DNA from: an uncultured bacterium
GTDB taxonomy: Bacteria > Armatimonadota > Hebobacteria > CAIYQO01
Direction of reading: 5' to 3'
DNA: 64,000 bases
Assembly: GCA_964590255.1 (NCBI GenBank)
Contig: CAZPYA010000003.1
Coordinates: forward strand, 14,094 to 78,093
The notes beneath the pieces are model-generated. The model was not told where the DNA came from, did not search any database, and was given only the letters and a program-made list of their open reading frames with translations. A program made the translations under genes and the position numbers. Positions 58,801 through 64,000 of the stretch are shown piece after piece (within the stretch, counting starts at the first letter, position 1; every line of letters starts with the position of its first letter).

Positions 58801-58990
58801 AGTGCCTAATCGGCCCCCCTCTCCGGCCCTCATACGCGCTGCGTTTGGCCAGAGTCGGCCCCCATCCCCAGCCCTTCCCCCGTGCCAGCGGGCACAGGGG
58901 AAGGGAGTATATGACGTCTCCCTCCCCCTGTTCGCTCAGCACAGCGGAGAGAGCGGGGGGAGGGCCGGGGAGGGGGGCCGATGACAGGCG
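58801..58990. repeat. Composite REP element homologous to 47801-47936
   Basis: AGTGCCTAATCGGC start, CCCTTCCCC..CAGGGGAAGGGAGTATAT core, CTCCCTCCCC.. second hairpin, GCCGATGACAGGCG end. Confidence 0.8.
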
Positions 58991-59039
58991 AAGGCCTGGT
59001 AGATTTGTCTTAACCACCCCCACCGGGTATCATACCGGT

Positions 59040-60326
59040 ATGCACTACACCATCATCGCCGTCGGTTCCCGCGGCGACGTGCAGCCGTATATCGCGCTGG
59101 GGGCAGGGCTACGGCGGGCCGGGCATGCCGTGCGGCTGGCCACGCACGAGGAATTTCGGACGCTGGCGGAAGAGCAGGGGCTGGAATGGATTCCCATCTC
59201 CGGCAGCCCGCGGGAAATGCTGGAGACGGATGCCGCGCGGGCGATGCTCAACGCGCGCATGAGCCCGCTACAATTCGTCATTCACTTTAACCGGCTCACC
59301 ACGCCGTACTTCGCGCAGGCGCTGGACGAGATGCGCGCGGCCGCCGCCGGCGCCGACGCACTGGTGCTCTCCGGCACCGCCATCTTCCCCGGCTTTCCCA
59401 TCGCTGAGTCGCTGGGCATCCCCGCCTGCGCCGGGGTGCTGCAGCCGCTGTCCACCACCACCGCTTTCGAAAACGCCTTCTTCCCGGCGTGTCCGCGCTG
59501 GTTCCCCGCCCGCGGGCTCTATCACCGGCTCACTCACCTCGCCTTCATGGCGCTGGTGGCGGCGTTCTTCGGCAAGGGTATACAGCCCATGCGCCGCCGG
59601 TTAGAGCTGCCGCCCATGACGCTGGGCGACATGTTCGCCCGTCTCAAGTCGCCTCCCGGCCTCACCCTCTACGGCATCAGCCCCAGCGTGCTGCCCCAGC
59701 CCACCGACTGGCCTGCCTGCTGCCGCATGACCGGTTACTGGTTCCTCGACGCCGCCGACGGCTGGACGCCCCCCGCCGACCTGGAAGCGTTCCTGGAGGA
59801 TGGCCCGCCGCCCGTCTACATCGGCTTCGGCAGCATGCGCAACGAAGACCCGGCGGCCATGGCGCGCATCGTGGTGCAGGCGCTAGAGCGCGCGGGCCAG
59901 CGCGGCATCCTCTTCCGCGGCTGGGGCGGTCTGCAGCCCGGCGATCTGCCCCCCACCATCCACGCCATCGACCCAGTGCCCCACGCCTGGCTCTTCCAGC
60001 GCATGGCGGCGGTGGCCCACCACGGCGGCGCCGGCACCACCGCCGCCACCTTCCGCGCCGGTGTCCCCGGCATCGCCATGCCCGTTTTCGCCGACCAGCC
60101 CTTCTGGGCCCGTCAGGTCCAACGCCTCGGCACCGGCCCCGCCCCCGTACCCCACTGGCAGCTCACCCCCGACCGCCTCGCCGACGCCATCCGCCAGGCC
60201 GTCGAAGACCCGCACATCCGCGCCAACGCCGCCGCCCTCGGCCAACACATCCGCGCGGAAGACGGCGTCAGCACCGCAGTGCACATGATAGAAGACGCCT
60301 GCGCGACCAAAACCATGGTGGGATAA
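59040..60326 (+). CDS. Glycosyltransferase, GT1/GT28 (sterol/lipid glucosyltransferase-like)
   Basis: GSRGDVQPYIALG, TGYWF, PVYIGFGSM, VPHAWLF, HHGGAGTTA, PVFADQPFW. Confidence 0.92.
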   Translation: MHYTIIAVGSRGDVQPYIALGAGLRRAGHAVRLATHEEFRTLAEEQGLEWIPISGSPREMLETDAARAMLNARMSPLQFVIHFNRLTTPYFAQALDEMRAAAAGADALVLSGTAIFPGFPIAESLGIPACAGVLQPLSTTTAFENAFFPACPRWFPARGLYHRLTHLAFMALVAAFFGKGIQPMRRRLELPPMTLGDMFARLKSPPGLTLYGISPSVLPQPTDWPACCRMTGYWFLDAADGWTPPADLEAFLEDGPPPVYIGFGSMRNEDPAAMARIVVQALERAGQRGILFRGWGGLQPGDLPPTIHAIDPVPHAWLFQRMAAVAHHGGAGTTAATFRAGVPGIAMPVFADQPFWARQVQRLGTGPAPVPHWQLTPDRLADAIRQAVEDPHIRANAAALGQHIRAEDGVSTAVHMIEDACATKTMVG

Positions 60327-60335
60327 CACAACCGT

Positions 60336-60505
60336 AGCGCGTGCCCGCCGCGGCACGCCAGCTTGCCGAAGATGCTACCTAAAACGAAGGAACCACTCCG
60401 TTCTCGACCACGAAAACAGAGTGGTTCCTCAAGCCATCCGACCTGTTCCCCCCAATCCCCCTTCCAGGGGGCGTCGTTCGATAGCCCGGCCGTTTACGAC
60501 CGGGG
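60336..60505. repeat. REP cluster between convergent genes
   Basis: GTAG-CGCGTGCC-CGCCGC-GGCACGC near 60334 and element 60457-60505 homologous to 38842-38892. Confidence 0.65.
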
Positions 60506-60512
60506 ATGGTCT

Positions 60513-61859
60513 TCACTCCCACAGGCGCTCGATCACCGCCAGCGTGCGCTCGACGAACTGCTGGCCGCCATCCGGGCCGACGAAGTTGTCCGCCGCCAGG
60601 CCGCCGTAATGCTTGGCCACCGCTTTCTCGGACGGCAGGTAGTAGCCCCAGCCGCCGGTGATCTGCGCCATGAAGGTCTGCCCGGCGCGGCTGCGGGCGT
60701 GGATGCGCGTGGCGTAGTCCAGATACAGCTCGAAGGGGCAGGTGACCAGCGCCATGTCGCCCAACCGCAGCACGTGCAGTTCCATGGTGAAGGGCGGCTT
60801 CTGCCCGCCCTCTTCATACTGCTTGATCATGTTGCGCAGGCGGTGCTGCGCCCAGCTCGTCTTCGGGTCCTGGTCCAGCACCGTCTGCAGCTCCGCCAGT
60901 GCGTACTGGTAGTCCGCCTCGGTGATGGTGCGTCCGGGCAGCGTCAGCGCCTCCACGTGGTGGCGTACCGGCAAGTCGCCCGACGCGGCGTCCTGCACCA
61001 CCGGATATACCTCGACGACCGTCGCGGCGATGCGGCGGGCGATCTCCTGCCGCCGGGTGAGACCACGCAGGCGCAGCATGTAGTCCTCCGCCGGCTGCAT
61101 CACCAGCAGGTGCGGCGACTGGTCGCCGGCCGGCGCGCACAGCGGCAGGATGGCCACGCCCACGCCGAACGCCCGGTGCAGCTCGACGCGCACCTCGTGC
61201 CAGAAGTCGGCGGAGACGGTGTAGTCGTTCTCCGTCTCCTGCGAGGGGCAGGCGATATTCACCACGATGCCGGTGAGTTGCCCACTGGCGTCATGGGTGT
61301 AGACGAGGTGCACGCCGTGGTCTTCATAGCCTTCAATGTGGCTGAAATTCGGGGTGTTGGTGTTGCCATACATGCGCGCGGTGCCGTCCAGATAGCAGGC
61401 ACGGCGGTTGTGCCCCACCACCGCGAAGCCGTAGCCCCGCGCGGCGCTGCCCGGCGCGCGCCCCTGCCACGCCGCCACGGCCGCGTCCGCCGCCTGCGCC
61501 ACCAGGAAGGCGAACACCTCGTCCGGCACCATGATATCCGCGCCGTCCGGCGCCTGGTAGTGCGCATGGGTGAATACCGGCCCGGTGTGCGTGTGGGTGG
61601 AGGCCATAATCAGCTTGCAGCCATCGAACGCCGGCAGCAGCTCCGCCAGCCGCGCCCGCGTCGCCGCCACCAGCTCCTCGGGGATGAACGCTAGGTCGCA
61701 GGTGACGATCACCGCCCCCTCTCCGCCATTCTCCACCGCCAGCGCCGTCGCCCACAACGGATTCTCCACCCCCGTCGAGATGCGCACATGCATCTGTCCC
61801 TGCAGCATCACTGGCTTCTCCGGCGTAATACTGCGCACCGCCCAACCGATATTCAGCAT
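60513..61859 (-). CDS. Neutral/alkaline-ceramidase-like amidohydrolase of unknown substrate (paralog of 19665-21146)
   Basis: GWAVRSITP, ASTHTHTGP, GHNRR, NIACPSQ, SADFW, AGDQSPH. Confidence 0.75.
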   Translation of the reverse strand: MLNIGWAVRSITPEKPVMLQGQMHVRISTGVENPLWATALAVENGGEGAVIVTCDLAFIPEELVAATRARLAELLPAFDGCKLIMASTHTHTGPVFTHAHYQAPDGADIMVPDEVFAFLVAQAADAAVAAWQGRAPGSAARGYGFAVVGHNRRACYLDGTARMYGNTNTPNFSHIEGYEDHGVHLVYTHDASGQLTGIVVNIACPSQETENDYTVSADFWHEVRVELHRAFGVGVAILPLCAPAGDQSPHLLVMQPAEDYMLRLRGLTRRQEIARRIAATVVEVYPVVQDAASGDLPVRHHVEALTLPGRTITEADYQYALAELQTVLDQDPKTSWAQHRLRNMIKQYEEGGQKPPFTMELHVLRLGDMALVTCPFELYLDYATRIHARSRAGQTFMAQITGGWGYYLPSEKAVAKHYGGLAADNFVGPDGGQQFVERTLAVIERLWE

Positions 61860-61880
61860 GGTTTACTCCCTGTGTATATA

Positions 61881-61996
61881 CTCGGACCCCTCCCCGAACC
61901 GGGTGAGGGGGAGTGATCGCAATTAGATACCCGGCATATCATCAGGCCTCTCCCCCTCACCCGGTTCGGGGAGGGGGGTGGGGGGAGGGGTCCGAG
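61881..61996. repeat. REP doublet, CCCCTCCCC family
   Basis: CCCCTCCCCGAACCGGGTGAGGGGGAG (61887-61913) with its exact reverse complement at 61950-61976; outer CTCGGACCCC / GGGGTCCGAG. Confidence 0.85.
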
Positions 61997-62008
61997 TTTA
62001 GGTCAACC

Positions 62009-63118
62009 TCATACCGCTGCCAGCGCCAACGCCGTCGACACTGACTGCTCCAGCACGTCGGCGGCGGAGACTTCGCAGCCCAGGCGGTCGGAGAGGTAGA
62101 TGCCTTCCGAGATGAGCATGGTGTCCAGCGCGATCTTCGCGGTGGGCAGCAGCGGTACGCGGCCTTGCAGCGCGGCTACCCAGTGCTGCTGCGAGCTGTC
62201 GTAGGCGTCGGCGTTCTCACGAAGCTGGTGCCAGCGGTAGCTGGTTTCGCCCAGGTTCATCGTGCTGCTCAGCGAAAAATCGCCCAGGCTGGTGAAGAAG
62301 CCGAACGGATCCAGGCGAATGCCGCCCTTGTTGCCGACGATGCTGGAGCCCTCAAAGCCGTCGAGCTGGATGGCCCACGACTCGATGATGTCCAGCGTGA
62401 TGTTGTCGGCGAATTTCACGAAGCCCATGCCCAGCTCTTCCACGTTGTATAGGTGCGAGTCGGGACGGGTCATGTCATAGTCGGTTTCCTGGTAGATTTT
62501 GCCGCTGATGCGCTGCACCGCCTGACTGCCCAGCAGGTAGAGCATCATGGCGATGTGGTAGACGCCCATGTCGTAGAACGCCCCACCGCCGGAGATGGAT
62601 TTCTGCACGAAGGAGGAGGTGCCGTAACCGTCCACATACGGGCGGCCGCGCCGGCGGAAGCCGGTAGAGCGGGCGTGGTAGACTTTGCCCAGGTGCCCGT
62701 CCTCGATGAGCTGCTTCGCCGCCCGCGTCTCGTTGGAGTAGAGGGTGGAAAGCTGGATGCTCAGCTTGCGGCCCAGCGCCTGCGCGGCGTCATACATCGT
62801 CTTCGCGTCGGTGTAGGAGCCGGCCATCGGCTTCTCGCAGTAGACGTCCTTGCCCGCCTCCAGCGCCGCCACCGTCACCGGCATGTGCAGGTTGTTGTGC
62901 AGGCACACGTCCACCGCCTGGATGTCGTCGCGCCGCAGCAGCTCGCGGAAGTCGGTGTAGACGTTGGGAATCTTATATTCCTCGCTCACCCGCTTCCCTT
63001 CCGGCACGTCGATGTCGGCCAACGCCACCATCTCCACGCCGGGAATCTTCGCGTAGTTCTGCAGATGGTGCTTGCCAATCTGCCCCACGCCAACAATGCC
63101 AAGACGAACAGGTTCCAT
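62009..63118 (-). CDS. Gfo/Idh/MocA family oxidoreductase
   Basis: ATG 63118; [27 protein letters not shown]. Confidence 0.92.
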   Translation of the reverse strand: MEPVRLGIVGVGQIGKHHLQNYAKIPGVEMVALADIDVPEGKRVSEEYKIPNVYTDFRELLRRDDIQAVDVCLHNNLHMPVTVAALEAGKDVYCEKPMAGSYTDAKTMYDAAQALGRKLSIQLSTLYSNETRAAKQLIEDGHLGKVYHARSTGFRRRGRPYVDGYGTSSFVQKSISGGGAFYDMGVYHIAMMLYLLGSQAVQRISGKIYQETDYDMTRPDSHLYNVEELGMGFVKFADNITLDIIESWAIQLDGFEGSSIVGNKGGIRLDPFGFFTSLGDFSLSSTMNLGETSYRWHQLRENADAYDSSQQHWVAALQGRVPLLPTAKIALDTMLISEGIYLSDRLGCEVSAADVLEQSVSTALALAAV

Positions 63119-63135
63119 AATTGCCTCCACAAAAT

Positions 63136-63528
63136 CGTAGTCGTACTCGTGCTCGTGCTCGTACTCGAAAAGGTCGCCGTCAATCCACCCTGTTGCACCG
63201 CGTCCCTGCAGAGGGACGCCCGGCCGCACGGCCCAGCAGGTGGGGATTTCAATCTCCGCTTGAGCTGGCGGGCGAGACTCTGTCGAGCCGCGAGCACGGG
63301 CATCAGTATGTGAGTTGGCGGTGCCAGGCTCTACGCTCAACCTCTCCCCTCGCCCCTCCCCTGCATGGGGAGGGGAGAAGCTGTGTCAGAAAATATCCGG
63401 TTATATCGTTCAACTTACTCCCCCTCCCCACATAGGGGAGGGGGTCGGGGGGAGAGGTCGAGCGAGTGAACCGGTGGTGCGTTTCCTCGCGGAAAATACG
63501 GGGTCGGCGGCTCGACAGAGTCTCGCCC
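63136..63528. repeat. Nested REP array
   Basis: TCGTRC hexamer run 63136-63167; perfect 22-bp IR GGGCGAGACTCTGTCGAGCCGC (63270-63291 / 63507-63528) enclosing a CCCCTCCCC-family doublet (about 63339-63458). Confidence 0.85.
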
Positions 63529-63543
63529 TCCAGGAATACCGGT

Positions 63544-64000
63544 CTACACCCCCGCCAACTCCCACCCCTTCAACACCCGCGCCACCTCGCTCATCTGCCA
63601 CGCCACCTCGGCGTATTCGTTCTTGCCGCTGTGGTGCTCCACGCCCCAGTAGCCGGCGTAATTGGCGTCGCGCAGGATGGCCATGCGCTCCTCCAGGCAG
63701 GCGCGGGTGATGCGGGCGTCCACGTGGGTGTGCATGGTGAAGTCGACCACCGCGGCGTCATTCGTCGCTTCGTCGCCGGCGGTCCAGTGGCCGATATGCA
63801 GCAGCAGGCCGTAGGCGGGATGGTTCACCGCGTCGCGCAGCTTGAGTTGGTTGTCCAGCCGCAGCGAGGCGCCCCAGTGCGTCTCCGGCCCTACGCGGAA
63901 GCCGTGGTCGGCGGCGAAGCGCGCGTATTCCTGGTAGCGCATCACGATGTAGTCGAACGCCTCATCGCTGATGGCGTCCTCGCGCACGCCCACGTCGATG
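63544..64000 (-). CDS. Sugar phosphate isomerase/epimerase family TIM-barrel protein (5' end outside the window)
   Basis: GFRVGPETHWG, LLHIGHW, HTHVD, YWGVEHH; frame open to the right edge. Confidence 0.7.
   Translation of the reverse strand, partial: IDVGVREDAISDEAFDYIVMRYQEYARFAADHGFRVGPETHWGASLRLDNQLKLRDAVNHPAYGLLLHIGHWTAGDEATNDAAVVDFTMHTHVDARITRACLEERMAILRDANYAGYWGVEHHSGKNEYAEVAWQMSEVARVLKGWELAGV

Noticed and set aside
47603-63170. CRISPR array from the hexamer runs or repeated doublets
   Set aside because: No regularly spaced direct repeats of 23-47 bp with unique spacers, and no cas genes.
1-64000. tRNA, rRNA, IS transposase, integrase, phage or defence genes
   Set aside because: No supporting motifs found on either strand by eye; GTTCGA-like strings at about 30011 and 57472 lack cloverleaf context.

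Overview
GC-rich (about 65-75% in most genes) bacterial chromosome segment with about 45 protein-coding genes. I found no rRNA, tRNA, CRISPR array or transposase. The gene style (many uncharacterised glycoside-hydrolase-like, URO-D-like, ceramidase-like and Gfo/Idh/MocA proteins) suggests a carbohydrate-scavenging organism such as Armatimonadota or PVC; this is inference only. Main blocks: (1) a membrane-anchored class III nucleotidyl cyclase, truncated at the left edge and absent from the ORF track; (2) carbohydrate-active genes around a ~1 kb low-GC islet bounded by a 24-bp direct repeat; (3) trpE with an unannotated leader peptide, attenuator hairpin and promoter; (4) an Aas-like acyltransferase/carrier/acyl-adenylate ligase; (5) a secreted polysaccharide deacetylase broken by a 32-bp tandem duplication, divergent from (6) an 11-gene Wzx/Wzy-type exopolysaccharide locus with an aminotransferase / 2-hydroxyacid dehydrogenase / GNAT / ATP-grasp tailoring set; (7) an FKBP PPIase, glmM and two ferritin-like genes; (8) sugar-catabolic and de-acylating enzymes. 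The most striking non-genic signal is a dense population of about ten REP/REPIN-like palindrome families. They form inverted doublets and nested arrays, and one 264-nt composite sits in frame inside a beta-helix protein gene.
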